Notes: generated by a model from the sequence alone, not told the origin. DNA of 64,000 nucleotides from Enoplolaimus lenunculus (GCA_030248215.1 JASANG010002214.1:248001-312000), one strand, 5' to 3'. Numbered from the stretch's first letter, positions 1-13,655 are shown. Made by a program: numbers and translations.

Positions 1-133
1 GAAACGTGAAACAGAGGAATTTGAGATTTAGACTTAAGTTTAGTGGGCAGGCCTCTATCAGTAACATGGGCCAAATCAAACATCCAACTTTAATACGAAA
101 GCTAAACATAGCAAGATAAAAGCAGCAACTTAC

Positions 134-3100
134 CATTTTGTGCATATTCAGCCTTGGTCGCTTCGTCCCATTGCCTACCATTGGCCAACTTATATGGCGT
201 ATATTGAGTAAACAATAACGCTACATGGCAATCTTTTGGAGCAATGCTGTCGTCACGACTACTGGGAATAGTCATTTCAATAAGTGGTCTAAAATTAATA
301 CCAAAACACAGTCAAGGACAAAATTAAGTGTGTATTAATCGCGGTTGCGTCTGCGGGCGCAGTTTCATATTGTGATTGAATTTCCATTGCTCGTGACCAG
401 TCGCGTCTACGCGGTTACAGACTCGTTCCAAACGCTGTTGTAAGCGCGTTTACATGCGATTGGAAATTTAAAGCTAGGCAATCGCGGTTCGAAGCCGTAT
501 TCTCGTTGTAAGTAATAACAGTAACAGATCATCAGTATTGGTCATTGATTTACAAATAAACGGACACTGTGCACAAGATGAGTTTGAAATCTACAAAAAA
601 GTTGGTGAATCAAGGCTATATCTATGCTAAACGTTTATTATCATGGTTCAGTGGACCTTAACTTTACAAGGCTCATCTCCAATTGGTCGTAAATGCTACA
701 CAAAAATTTTGACAATACGGGCACAAAGGCGTAAAACGACGTGACCTGATTAATCAGTCTATGTAAGAACCTTACAACTCAGTCAATAATTATCGAGTTT
801 ACAAAACGTAACCAATAAGACCTGCCGCTGCAAGTTGAAAAACAGCTTTCTTCTAAATACTATTTATACGAAATCTTAGTACGAAGCCATATTTGACTTT
901 ATCCAATTTAAATTAAAACGAACGTGTACCTCTTGGAAAAACGACCATTCAAGTAGTCCATATAAGCCGCTTCAATGTCATCGATCGACTCACTGTTCAA
1001 ATGAATTGTAGCGCCATGATGCGGCTGAGGGTCATTTGTGTTATCATTTGTGCAAGAAAACTGAGGCAAACGACTTAGTGCAACTGAAACAAAATAATCC
1101 ATTACGCCATGCTTTATATTGATGGTCCAAATATTACAGTAGTGAAAAATAAATTACACATAATCATTAGTAATCTTACGTTACAACACGTACCAAACCC
1201 TTATACTGATATTACAACATAAAACTTCTAGACAGAAGCAACAAGAACCATTGAACGCCAATTTCCGAATTAAACAGCATAAGGTGGCGCTACACTTTTA
1301 CTTAAATGATTTTAATGTCAGGAATTTGGCTCAATTAGCGGAATATTTTGCAAAGTAATCCCAGTACCGTTGATTTTGGTCACTGGCGAACTGTAATCAA
1401 TGTTGTTTAACTGAATGACCAGATCATCAGAAACGGAGCCCTGAAACAATAATAAAAATAGATTCAATTGTATAACATCTTCAAAATTACAAATCAATGA
1501 AATTTAAAATGTTACGAGTAAACATTGCTGCCTATATCTGTATTGTAGATTTTCTTAAAATTCTACCCCTGTTAAAAATGAATACAAAGTAATTCAATAA
1601 CATACACATGCAAAATATTATATTATAATCAAACACAGAATTTGTGCTGTATAGTAACCCATTATTACTCGTATATATCGAACATAGTCTACCGACCACA
1701 CCTGACACTGGAGGATTAGGAATTAACCAAATCTAAACATCAGTTAAAGGACAGCAGGAAATAACAAAAATAACAAAAACCATTCAGTGTTGTTGATTGT
1801 AACAGCAATTACTACGAAACATGCCCGTAAACAAATTAACTAGAAACCACACTGTCCAAACTACCTGGCACTATAACATAACTTATGCAATAAATCAAGA
1901 AATGTAACTTTAGGAGTTGTATTCGACATTACCACGCTTGCTTTTACATGAGTACCATCCATAAGTACAATACCAGTAGCAGCGTCGTTCTCAACTTGAA
2001 TGCTCTCTACAGCCTAAAAGTATATAGTATGCAGCTTGGTAGCGAACTGTGTTAATTTTTTTCCTATCATTAAAATAATTAAGACGCCATCTTAACATAA
2101 AGGAGCACAAAGTTACCAAAATAACGTTATAGTGAAATAAATTTGAAGAACTAGCCTAAATTTGCCAAAACTTAAATTGTTCACACAAATATATTGCAGG
2201 ATTTATTTCAAAAGTTACACAACAAAACGTCTAAGTACAGTCACGGACAGAATTAACTGCGCAGAAACAGCGATTGCGTCCACTGCGCTTGCGGTTGCGG
2301 TTTTGTAGCCGCGTCTGAGTGTTTCAGCGATCGCGTCTAAAACGCGGTTTCAGACGCGATCATAGACGCGATTTTCATTGCGTCCGCAATCGCGGTTTGA
2401 TCCCCGGTCGCAGTCGCGGCTTGAGACGCGATCGTAGACGCGATTTTAATTGCGTTCGCAGTCGCGGTTCGAACCGCGGTCGCAGTCGCCGTTTGAACAG
2501 CGGTCGCAGTCGCGGTTTCAACCGCGGTCGCAGTCGCGGTTTTGCGTCCACGTAAATTGCGGTTATGAGCGATCGCGATTGCGTCTGCAAGCGATCGCGA
2601 TTCGAACCGCGTTTGGGTCGCGACCGCGGTTGCACTTAATTCTGTCCGTGACTGCACTCACCTTGTTCACAAATAAATCCGCGCCGTACGATTGGGCAAC
2701 GCTTGCCAGAGTCTGAGTCACAGAGCCCATTCCGCCACGAACAAACGCCCAAGCACCCTTCTGGCCATCGAGTTCACCCATAACGTGATGCAAAAGAACG
2801 TATCTATAATGAATGCGTAAAAAGGATACAACACACAAAGTTAATAACACATACATCAGTATGTACACTAACTACGTAACGCTGCTTAATCTTGACGAGC
2901 AAAAACTTACCGTACTGGTAGAAAAGTATAGCATAATTGAATAAAACCAACACTAGTCGAGCCTTCAATTTTCCATAGGCTATCGAAATATAATAGAAGT
3001 ATTTAATACGGAAGTTTTCCATTCAATAAGGACCAAATCAAATCTTAATCAGATTTTACTCGTCCTTGTCTGGTTAGCTGCTGCTGTCCAATGTCCAACC

Positions 3101-6100
3101 CTTTGCACAATGGTACAGAGTGAGCAAAGTATTAAAAGTACTGCTGTTCAATGGATTGGATACTGAAAAATAAAGAAAAATAGAGTAAAACTTAAAAAGT
3201 AACAATGAAATCATATGCAGCATTAAAGCAACTTTAACGTCATAAAAACGCACCAAGTCAAGTAAAACCAAAGCAAGATGTCTATCTTCCAAAACGCTCA
3301 TACCCTGCCCGCTACTAAATTGCTCGCATTAGAATCTGGTTTCAAATACAGATGAACACCACATTTGGTGCGGATCCACATTCCATGGTGCTTCTCACTG
3401 CAATCATTAAGCTTGTACCATATTGCATTCTTGCTTTTCGAAATATTGGTCAATGATCGGTTCGACCAAGACGAGCATCGACAGATTTCGGGCTACTTCA
3501 AAGCAACGCTTTTTAGTAGTCAGTCCTCTCCATCAATATCGTTTTACCAACATCGTCGGCAGCTGTAACATCAACAGTACCTGCTTTCCGGAAGCGTGCA
3601 TTAACGAATTAGCAATTGTATTTTGAATGTGAAAAGGCTAATGCTCTATTGCGCACGGTCGGTTGACCTTTATTGTGACGGTAAAGAAGCCATGCGTTTA
3701 AGATCGTCATATCAATTCATGGTAAAATATCCTCTTTCACCTGAAAAATGTTTCTGCTGCAAGAGCTGCATATCAAAACAGCTTGACAAAGCGGTACATA
3801 GACGTCAAAATTGTGTATGTACCCGGAAGACCCACGATTCCAAACCTCATAAACGTATTTTATCGGATTTTAGGCAAGTTAGTATTGTTTGTAATGACGC
3901 CACGTAACTTTATTATTATTTCATCAATCGGCAGGTATCCTTCTTGGTTTAGCAATGGCAAAAAGGCATCACGGACCATAGTAACAACGGCAAAAATTTT
4001 AGGGCCCGTCCGCAGCTGCGTATACCTCGATAAAACGTGTTGGAAGCGATTTCAGGACATGGAGTTCGCCAAGGCAGATATCCGAGTTCCCATCGTCCAG
4101 TATAATTGTGATCAAGACAGTCTAACAGCGAGGTGTAAATGATGATTCCCAAAAGTTTTCGAGTCTCAACAACTGATACAGGAGCGATGCTATTCCCAAT
4201 CGGTTGAACCAGTTCAAACCGTTCCACAGAGCCGTATTGAATGGGATGAATGTAAGCCTGTTGTCAATCAGGACCATCAGAAACAATGCAAGTCTGCATC
4301 AATGCAGCCAAACGGATTTCGTCATCGCTTTCTGAACCCGCAGCGGTTGCCTCTGTGGTTGCCAATGCCACGTTTGCCTCCATTACTTACCCAAATTCCT
4401 CACTAATGCTGGAACTATTACTTTGACCATCTTAACTTTCAGTAGGTTTGTAATTTTGGGTTCAGCTCCTCGTCATTAACTAAGTCATCATCGCTCATAT
4501 TTCAATTATTTCAAATCCTGGTACAATAAGTTTCCGCTGCAGGTTTCTCTCCTTAACCGTTGTAAAAACTAGAGGTATGTATAGCACCTATATTATTGAT
4601 TAATTATTATCACTGCTATGCTGAACAATAATATAAATCTAAAGATATAGTGAGTGTATACGTATTCTAACATGTATAGTCTGTATTGAATATTTGACCG
4701 CTGTATACCATTGTACAATCGATTGGACTTTTGCAAATTTCATTGTACAACGCATTGGTATACTCTAAACAAGTTTCACTTGGCGTTCCTTTACAACGTG
4801 CTGAATGAGAAATTATGACTTAAAATTTGGGCCGCGACCGGCTACGATATAGCATTTTGGGTGCGGTTAAAAAAGTTGTTCATGGTCTGTTGGGAATACA
4901 GGTGATGGCACAACGAGGCGCAAGCGGTGTTCAATTACAACCTACAAGGTACCGATGAAAAAGAAGCAATATATTTCTACTTTCTACTGAAACAATACTA
5001 AAAGCAGTTGTAATCAAGGAAATAAGCAAGAAAAAGCAACTAAATGTCCAATGGGTTGGACGTTAGTAAATAAAAGGCTAGGTATGAACAATAGACATCA
5101 ACAATATAATATATCTTTTAACGTTTTAAATTTATTGCTGGATTTAAGGTTTCGTTCCTTGTGTTTCTAGCATTAGCTGTATTACTGCAATCATGATTAA
5201 GCATTTTTGAAATGTATTTAAAATGGCGCGAAAAACAATAATTAATAAAGTAGCATAATATGTTCACATTAACTAACCCTGTTCCTGGCGAAGATGGACT
5301 TGCTGTAAAACCAACCACGCCGTCAGTTGCGAGGGTAGCACGCAACGGTTCGGATTCAAAATATTCATTTAGAACCTAGAACATCAAAGAAGTTTTACTT
5401 AATTTAAAAGGATTCAAAATATTCATTTAGAACCTAGAACATCAAAGAAGTTTTACTTAATTTAAAAGCGAATGCAGTACGGTTTCCTTGTAAACATTTC
5501 TTAAAGCAAAGAACGCTTCTATTTTGCCAACATATCAAAACAAATAAAACGGTATATTCGCTTGTATATCAGCCAAACCTTAATCATAAAAAACCTTCCC
5601 TAGGCACAATAAAGAACCTGCCATTAGTTGGCTGCATTTACTACAAAATAAAGAATTACCTTGACAACATTTGATGTCATAATATTGTAAAATGCCAAAC
5701 CTTCGTCAATACCAAGCGAATATACTAAATCAAATTATTAGCATTGTAATTTCGGTAGGAGCTAATTATTATAGAAGAAAAAAGATACGTCAACCACGAA
5801 AAATAAAAGACAACATTGTTAGCGCAATTTCTACTCAAACCAATAGTAGTCGTTCCTTTTACCTCTGACGAACACTTACGGCCCTATGTGAATTATTTTT
5901 ATTCGATTTGTTAAAAAAATTAAATTAAAAAAAGTCATTTAATGTAGTATGTTTTTATTCTTTAGTATTGGTTCTGTTATGGTATCATTTGGTCTATCGA
6001 CACATTACAATGAAGTGCCAACTACAGCCTAGAGAACAGCAATCGATTTAGATACCAGAGCATAGCGGTTTCTGTGACAAAACGCTTACAGAAGAAAAAT

Positions 6101-9100
6101 ATAACACAGTGTTTCGTTAAAAAAGTTACGTGATAATACGAATAAAAAGATGCAAGCCAGGAAAAAATAGGTTTACCTAAATTACATACAGATTTTAGCA
6201 GCTCGAAACCATGCAACTCTTTTGCTCAGAGACGATCTCTTGTGCCGTACGCGTGATAGATTAATGGGCTCCATATCCAAAAGTGGATCTAACTTGGAAA
6301 TAATGCTATTCAAATTGTCTTCATAACGAGCAAAATTCTGAAATATTTCAATGTATATAATTATTTGATTTTACCTTCCTGGACTTTATGTCGCGCGTTC
6401 AATAAATTCCTTTTGTCTTGTTCTATAGAAAGTACTGCGGCAGTGATGTAATTTTGTGGCTGCAAATTTGCGCTAGCTTTCAAAGTATGAAAAACTGCAA
6501 CAAAAACATACCATTTGTGAAAAAGGAAACAAACACTGGTAATGCGTAGACGACTAAAAGGCAGTTTTACTACACAATGTAAAGATAATCGCAAAACATT
6601 TTACTAAAATCATTATAATATAAACGCAACTCTCTGTTAATACAATTATGTGGGCTAAAATAAAATCTCATATAACATCATGCATAGAACATCACATTTC
6701 AAAATATCGTTAATAAATTTACAATATAATTCCACTTCAATTCCACTTCAACATACCTTTGCATCGTTTTTAGAAAACTGTTCAATTTGATGAAAATTAA
6801 GTTTAGGATCGCTCCCAAGTAGAAGGCTTCGCTGTGTTTCGCGTATTGGTGTGAAGGACGAAGGATCCTTGATATGGTACGTCAATCCGTGCTCCTGAAA
6901 ACAATTACAATAAATTGTGCAACACGTTTGTATTTGGTACAGTGTGAACCACTATCAGTATCTCTAAAAGCAGAGCATCAGTATCGGATGGTATTTTTCT
7001 CAGAATATCGATACCGACACCGATACTTGCGTTTTTACTATATTCTCAGACGAATTGAGTTGAATATACAAATAGCGTCGCATCTAACAAATATATTCAT
7101 CGTGGAGCGGTTGCAAATATAACTCGGATCCCAGATGCACGGTGATAATGGTAGACCAACAGAATTAAAACACACCGACTATTCGACTGTCATGGTATCT
7201 TTTTGTAGCTACAATAAATATTCTAGGAATGATGCTGGTCGTGAATTAGAATCTTCTGACTGGTTCATTTGCTCATCGCTCTTTATTTCTGCGACATATT
7301 TTTACTGGAGTTTGTTGGGTAGCAAGCCTTAACCGAAATAAAGGATGCTTTAAAAAGACGTCAGACAACCCGGCCTCATTAAGATGGGTTGATGCAAGCA
7401 ATAGCTTTAAAGTTGAACAAACCAAACTTGCAGTAAATGGAATGCTGAAGTTCACCCGCTTATGCCACTAATTCCTAGGGAGGCTAGATTTCAGAGCACG
7501 GATGTAATATCTGTGTTAGTCGCGGTCAATTTTTGTTTCCAATTTCCAAGTTTTGCAATATAGTGTACACAGGGTGTGACGGGATAATAAATGCCGGTGC
7601 TGGATAAAAATTATTTCAAATCGAATGCCAGACTACATTCGAATAAGTGTACAAGTCGAGTAGCATTAGTATCAGTATCGGTATTTTACAGTATTGGTTC
7701 AACTGTTCAACACTACATTTTAAACGTAATAATAACTCCGTTTGAAAGTATACAAACACAGAACTTACAAAACATGCTTTGTATAACTTTTATAGGCACA
7801 TTCGCCACGCCAGGAATTTGTTACAGCACATGTATGCTACTAAATGTTATGTTAGATGTATGCGAAGGTGTAGCCAGGAAAGGTCAAGTCCATCAAACAC
7901 TTTTAGATTTTTGTAAATTTGTTTTAAATAGTTATCCAGTTTTTTCATTAAACGTAATCCCCTTCCAAACTTCTGGTTCGCGTATAAATGGCTGCGTTTG
8001 TTATACCAGAATTTGGTAAACTGCTAGGCTGTGCGCTTGCAAAAGAACCGTAAATAATAACTCAGCTTTGAAATTCCTGAATAAATTTTTTTATTGCAGG
8101 ATAGTTCGGGTGTATATAACGTTGTGAAATATGAATCTAGCGAACCAACATGAGCTCCTGTATAACTACAATGAAACATCCGAATGTTATTCGAAGCACA
8201 TACGTATAACTGACCTTGAGGCGAAGTTCACGCAAAACAACAGGCCGCAATAAACTCAGCAAGTACGATGCACGTGAAAACTTGAAACCTAAACATGTTA
8301 TAAAATATTACATCTATTCACATTTTATGCTGTTGTACTAAATAACCGCAAATTCCAAGACATATAGCATTATAATATATACCATGCTGCTAACGGTAGT
8401 GTAATATCAGGATACTTAGAACCACCAATATCTTGTTACAAGCGTGGAACTGCAGAGCCACAACTCATATCTCCGAAACACTGTCACCAGAATAAATTAA
8501 AAGTCAAATTCGTTTTAATACCTCAATACCAGGGTGCAACCGTAATTCCGGTTTCAGTTCTGGTAAATTGTAATTCTGATTGCACTGTGCTCAAAACTCA
8601 ACAAAAACAATGCAATAACCGCTCGCTCATGTCTGTTTCTATGCTAATTTACAACCATTAATAATAAGAAATTACTCTCTTACGTATAGTTTACGCAAGT
8701 TTTAGAGTTAACTTGAACCTTCAAACCAACCTGGAATAATTTCTTCGGTAACAGCTGCACCTCCAAGAATGGGTCGTCTTTCAAACAAACCAACTTTGTA
8801 ACCACTTTTGGCGAGGTACGCCGCCTGAGATAAAAAACGACTTAACGTTACGTACTGGTTTAGCACGTTCATAAGACATTGAGCACTATCAACCTGGTGG
8901 TGGTTAAATGTAATCTGCATTTAATCTACGTTAAAAATCTTTCTGCGTTGTACAGTGTTGGTTGCTATTGACAGAAAGTAAAACCACGTTACTGAAACAG
9001 GAAGTGCAAACAAATTTTTGTACAGCCTTATTTTTAGGATTACTATATTGATGAAAATAATTATTACCATTGGCTGAAACCACGGATATGAGTCTTAAAA

Positions 9101-9783
9101 AATTATGTTGCAATATATAATAACAATATCAACAAACCCAATAGAATTCCGTTTTTTGCGAACGTTGAGCAGAAATGGTCTCGGTTTATAACCTACCGAA
9201 ACCACGAAAAACGAGACCGAGATCAGCCGAGACCGCACATCCCTGATTAACAGATGAAACGGCATGACTAAACATTATTTTCACTGAAAAAAACGTAAAA
9301 CTTACGGAAACCAAACCGTTGTGGCCTGAAAACAAAGGATTGATAAATGACCCCATCTTAATTAATAGAAAAGTATGCACTGACTGACAGGAAGATTGAG
9401 GGACTTAGAAACTGCGAGTTTTAGGCTTAGTTGAGATCTCCCTATAATCAATATGGTCCAATGAAAGTACTATAAAACTAAGCTTCACGTGTGTTAATCT
9501 TCATATATCACTAGTAACACATCCGTAATTATTTCATGGTACTACATTACTAATAAATTGCAAAACCCGCATTTAATAGAACTTTGCAAACTCTAAACAA
9601 AGAGAATACATTACCAACCATTTACACTAACGCATATCAGCCAATATCCTTACCACCTCCAATAATTGCGATATCATACGAAGATTTCAAGTTAAGTGGA
9701 TCAGTTGCAACACCAGCTGATGAAAATGTTCTGCAGAGAAGCAGTGATTGACGTCTTACTAATTTATGCAGAATACCGTTCAT
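134..9783 (-). CDS. PYROXD2: Pyridine nucleotide-disulfide oxidoreductase domain-containing protein 2 (phytoene desaturase-like FAD oxidoreductase), 13 exons, 3' end beyond window
   Basis: Manually spliced exons in transcript order: 9654-9783, 9306-9325, 8731-8824, 8215-8288, 6757-6894, 6190-6337, 5660-5724, 5278-5375, 2662-2803, 1882-2013, 1368-1440, 930-1083, 134-288. Translation: [22 protein letters not shown] (mitochondrial-like leader)...[62 protein letters not shown]...[13 protein letters not shown]...[31 protein letters not shown]...[16 protein letters not shown]...[11 protein letters not shown]...LFTQYTPY. All introns are GT-AG and phase-consistent except the donor at 1880-1881. Confidence 0.93.
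2238..2654. mobile_element. Tc1/mariner-type MITE with internal GC-rich tandem repeats
   Basis: Perfect 19-bp TIR CAGTCACGGACAGAATTAA (2238-2256) / TTAATTCTGTCCGTGACTG (2636-2654), flanked by TA on the left and CA on the right. Interior consists of CGCGGTCGCAGTCGCGGTT-type repeats. A degenerate relative starts at about 309 (CAGTCAAGGACAAAATTAA). Confidence 0.8.
3090..5064 (-). mobile_element. Decayed piggyBac element with frameshifted transposase remnant
   Basis: Minus-strand fragments read [10 protein letters not shown] (~3899-3928), [11 protein letters not shown] (~3798-3830), [18 protein letters not shown] (~3678-3716) and a C-terminal Cys/His remnant TKCGVHLYL (~3340-3370), in the order typical of piggyBac DDD transposases. 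Imperfect 22-bp inverted ends at 3090-3111 and 5043-5064. No intact TTAA TSD is visible, so the boundaries are tentative. Confidence 0.75.
5352..5467. repeat. Exact 58-bp tandem duplication spanning a PYROXD2 splice acceptor
   Basis: GGATTCAAAATATTCATTTAGAACCTAGAACATCAAAGAAGTTTTACTTAATTTAAAA occurs at 5352-5409 and again at 5410-5467. Confidence 0.95.
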
Positions 9784-9819
9784 TTTCCTATTAAACTAAA
9801 CGTTTATCGCGCTACTTTT

Positions 9820-10390
9820 AAGTGCAATTCACACGTGCAAGTTTTTGCAGCGAGAACTCGCAAGTGTAACTTGCACGAAATACTTGCACCTGCAATCAAT
9901 ATGAGTTATCTGTTCACCTAATGGTGATGCATATTCACACCTATGAATTTTTTTGTGGAGTATATTCATCATGAATAATGTGCAGCTGCGAGTTCTTCGA
10001 ATCAAAGTTCCAACAAAACTTGCAGCTGCAAGGTTCAGCTACAAGAACCGTTCACGCGTAAAGGTTTTGTTCAAAATATTGTGACTTGAAAACGCTTTCA
10101 TACCGATACACGTTCTATTTAGTGCTTCAAAATGTAAAACCAAAACCAAGATATTTAATTTAATTCTTCTTGAATAAATTCAAAAAGTCCAACCAATCAA
10201 AATACAGGCGCAAGAGATTCTAGCGACTTGCAAGTGCGTTCACACGTGTGAAGTAAATTTAATGGCACGAATTTCAACAAATTATCTGCAGCTGCAAGAA
10301 CTTCGAAGCTGCTTTGTGACCAAACTTACGCATGCAAGTTTCACGTGTAACTTTTTGTTGCAAAAACTTGAACGTGTAAAGTACAGGGCT
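9820..10390. mobile_element. Foldback MITE (probably PIF/Harbinger-like); second copy at ~56081-56355
   Basis: Inverted ends TTCACACGTGCAAGTTTTTGCAGCGAGAA / TTTTGTTGCAAAAACTTGAACGTGTAA and internal TTGCAGCTGCAA palindromes. The copy at 56081-56355 has GCCCTGTTCACACGTGC...GCACGTGTGAGTAGGGC ends. Confidence 0.65.
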
Positions 10391-11584
10391 TTACGTAATT
10401 GGATATGAACTGAAATACAATTATCAACGGTGGATGTACGATTGATTCATCCCACAAAACTAATACACTGTATTACGATTAAATACAAAATTTACTTTTT
10501 AAACTCGCATCACTGTTCTGCCTACTTGATCGAATGCCTAAAAATATGGTAATGCGATTGACTGTAACCCGGTGTGAACCGAGGGCCAATCTTTGAATTG
10601 GATACCCCTCCCCTACAAACAAAAATCAACACCTTAAAGTACGACTGAATATAATATACTAAAACTGCGTTTAAAATGCCGAAACTGATTCCATTTTGTG
10701 CCAATACATACTGTATAATTTTATATGATGCAAAAATAGAAACAACTAAGCTTATGAACACGTATCAACTTTATCGCTTAGTCTATTATTCGCAAGTGTA
10801 CTACCTTCAATATTTATATTAGTCACATGCTTAAAACAATCATAACCGTAAAAAGTATCCAAAATTCCTGTGACAGCAACGCAGAACCAATACGGGTATA
10901 TTAGAACCGAATGCATATCCGGCCGAACATTACTACTCTTCGAAAGGCTCCAAACATCCCTAGACTGCTAAATAGTGTCATGATAAAAACTCATTTTATA
11001 AATGTTACGTTTACTTACTTTATAACCAGGGTGTGACCGAATATCCAGTTTAATATCCGGCAAAAACTGATATCCGTAACCGGTACAGACGTACCGGATA
11101 TTTACGGTTATGCTGCCGAGTATCATAAAACTGCTTTTTACAAGTGAGCGTCATATCATCTTGCTGCGGATACATTTCTGGGCAACTAAAGAAGTTCAAG
11201 GTTTGACACGTTTTCAGCTACTTTTTACTTTTGTAAGCGAGCTAGAGTTAAAAACGCATTTTTGCATTAAATAATTTCGGCTATCTGTCGCAATTGTAAG
11301 CTTTATAACAAAAGAAAACATCGAAAACATTAAAATTGAGCAAAAAAAGAATTATTTTAACACATACAATTTCCGGTATCCGGTTCGTGTTCCGGCGAAA
11401 AATTCGATATCCGTATGCGGTATAGGTAAATTAATATCCGGTCGCACTGTTTATAACCTATAAGCTCGTCAATAGCTATCGCACAAATACACAACAAATA
11501 AACAATAATTTACTTCAAAAACATCTTTAATTCGTGTGCAACAAAGAATACTGATATCAAGTGGTTAGTTTAAACCACTGTAAA

Positions 11585-12082
11585 GGCCAATATATAGAAC
11601 AGGACCGTAACAGTAGTATAAGCATGTTTGTAAGCCTAAGTCCAAGAATGAAATTATACCTAAGCCTAAGTCTAAGCAAAAAATGATCTGAAGCAGGATG
11701 CAACCGGAATTCCGGTTCCGGCATTTTTTCACCTTTCGGTTCCCGTAAATTTTTACCGGAATTAAAAATTTCGGTATTAAAATTCGGTCAGTGTAAATTA
11801 AGATACTTAACTAAAAATGACGATAAAAATTAGATTTTATTAGTACAGTATGCAAACCTTGACAATAAAATGAATTTTTGGTTGCATGTATTTTTCATTT
11901 CCCGGTTCCGTTTCCGGTAATTTGTTCAAATTTCGGTTCCGGTAAATTGAAATTCCGGCTAAGGTTCCGGTAAATTGTAATTCCGGTTCCGATAAATTGT
12001 AATTCCGGTTGCACTCAAGATTAAAGCTTAAGCTAACTCTATTGTAGTCCCACAGAAAAAGCCCCTGAGCGTTACATGGACT
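11585..12082. mobile_element. TTAGGC-bearing MITE interrupted by a nested hAT-type MITE (~11694-12016)
   Basis: Outer ends GGCCAATAT...ACATGGACT with CCTAAG repeats. The inner element has CAGGATGCAACCGGAATTCCGG...CCGGTTGCACTC ends, matching the hAT MITE at 63478. Confidence 0.7.
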
Positions 12083-12140
12083 GCTGTTACGAATTTGAGT
12101 CAAACGTTAACGCCAGAATCTCGACAAAAATAAATACGTA

Positions 12141-12729
12141 CAACAAAATAAATTGTCTTGAAATTTCAATACTCCCACTTTCTTAAATTTTCAAGACATA
12201 AATGTCTGGTATTTCAGACATTAATAGTCTTGAACAGCTCAGAAATTTGTCTGAAATGCATAAAGATAAATGTCTTATATTTAAGGAATTATTGTTGCCA
12301 ATTTTTAAAACATAGTTTTTTTCGTTTCAATAATAGCTGCCTTATATTCATGATTGCTTTTCAAATTTTCAGGTATATAAAAAGTTGATCCGTTTATATT
12401 CTTAAAAGTGTTAATTTCGTTGAGCTTTAGCCAGAAATTTGCAATTGTTTACCTGGAAAATCTTTGTGTTGTATTTCAGACAAATTTGTGTTATATTTCA
12501 GAGATATTTGTCTTATTTATATTTCAGAAATATGTTTGTTAATCGTTCATGAAACAAAGTCTTAAATTTCCGACTTATAAGTCGAAAACATTTCAGATCC
12601 ATATTTCTGAAAATTTTAAGAAATAAAAGTCTCAAATTCAAGACATATGTGTCTGGAGTCTGTATTACGACATAATTGTCTTAAATTGAGACAATATTTC
12701 TCGAGTATAATAGACAATTTATTTTGTGT
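12141..12729. mobile_element. AT-rich foldback element
   Basis: Inverted ends CAACAAAATAAATTGTCT / AGACAATTTATTTTGTGTG with internal TTTCAGACA / TGTCTGAAA repeats in opposite orientations. Confidence 0.55.
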
Positions 12730-13655
12730 GCATATGCGCTACGCATATTCCACGCTTTGCAAATTTGTTGGTTTATCATAACTGTACGGTAATTTTGCAA
12801 GTACGTCCTTTCTGATTTAGAAACATAAATACAGTAATGCTTAGATGCTATATAGACTGACAAACTTTTTAAGAATTGCCAGTAAATATAAATAAAGACG
12901 GATCATGTACGACGCAAACATCAGCATAAGACTATTTCGATGGCTACCGTTAAGTGAGCTTGGATGATGCCAGCTTTTATGATGACACTTATGCATGTGC
13001 AACTGGAAGCGCAGAAAGCTATGCTGGGAGAAAATTTCTTAGGAACACAAGTTGAGTTGAACGAATGCAAATATCTGTCGTTTTTCTCTTTACAATAAAC
13101 AATGAAGCGCAGAAAAACTTTTCTTATGTAATTGAAAACGACTCAATTTAACAATAAGCTATATACTTCCAAGCCAGGGGGCGACCGCATACCGGATACT
13201 GAATTTTACACCGGAACAGGAACCGGATATTGTGTATGTTAAAATAATATATTACTTTATCGGTGTATTTCTAGCATGCCCAAGATATTGTCTGTTATAA
13301 AGTTTATAATTGCTGCTGATAAACTGAAATTATTTAATGCAAAAATGCGTTTCTCACTCGCATACGTACATAAGTTAAAAGTAGCTGAAAACATATCAAA
13401 GCTTGAACTTATTGACTTGTAAGACGTTGACTTTCAGAAAGCAGTTTTATGATATTCGGCACCACAACCGTAAATACCCCGTATCCGGTATGTTTATACC
13501 AGATACCGGAACCGGATCTCAGTTTGATGGAGTATGAAACTGATTTGGTGACTACGATATAAGTTTATGTGTTGAACCTTGCAGCTGTCTGGATACAGCA
13601 TATTGCTTCACAAGATACACAGAGGTAGACAACAAATCAATAAGCTCACACAAAA

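Noticed and set aside
2319..2716. Arg/Ser-rich and Ala/Thr-rich overlapping ORFs
   Set aside because: They are translations of the stop-poor GC-rich repeats within a MITE in a PYROXD2 intron.
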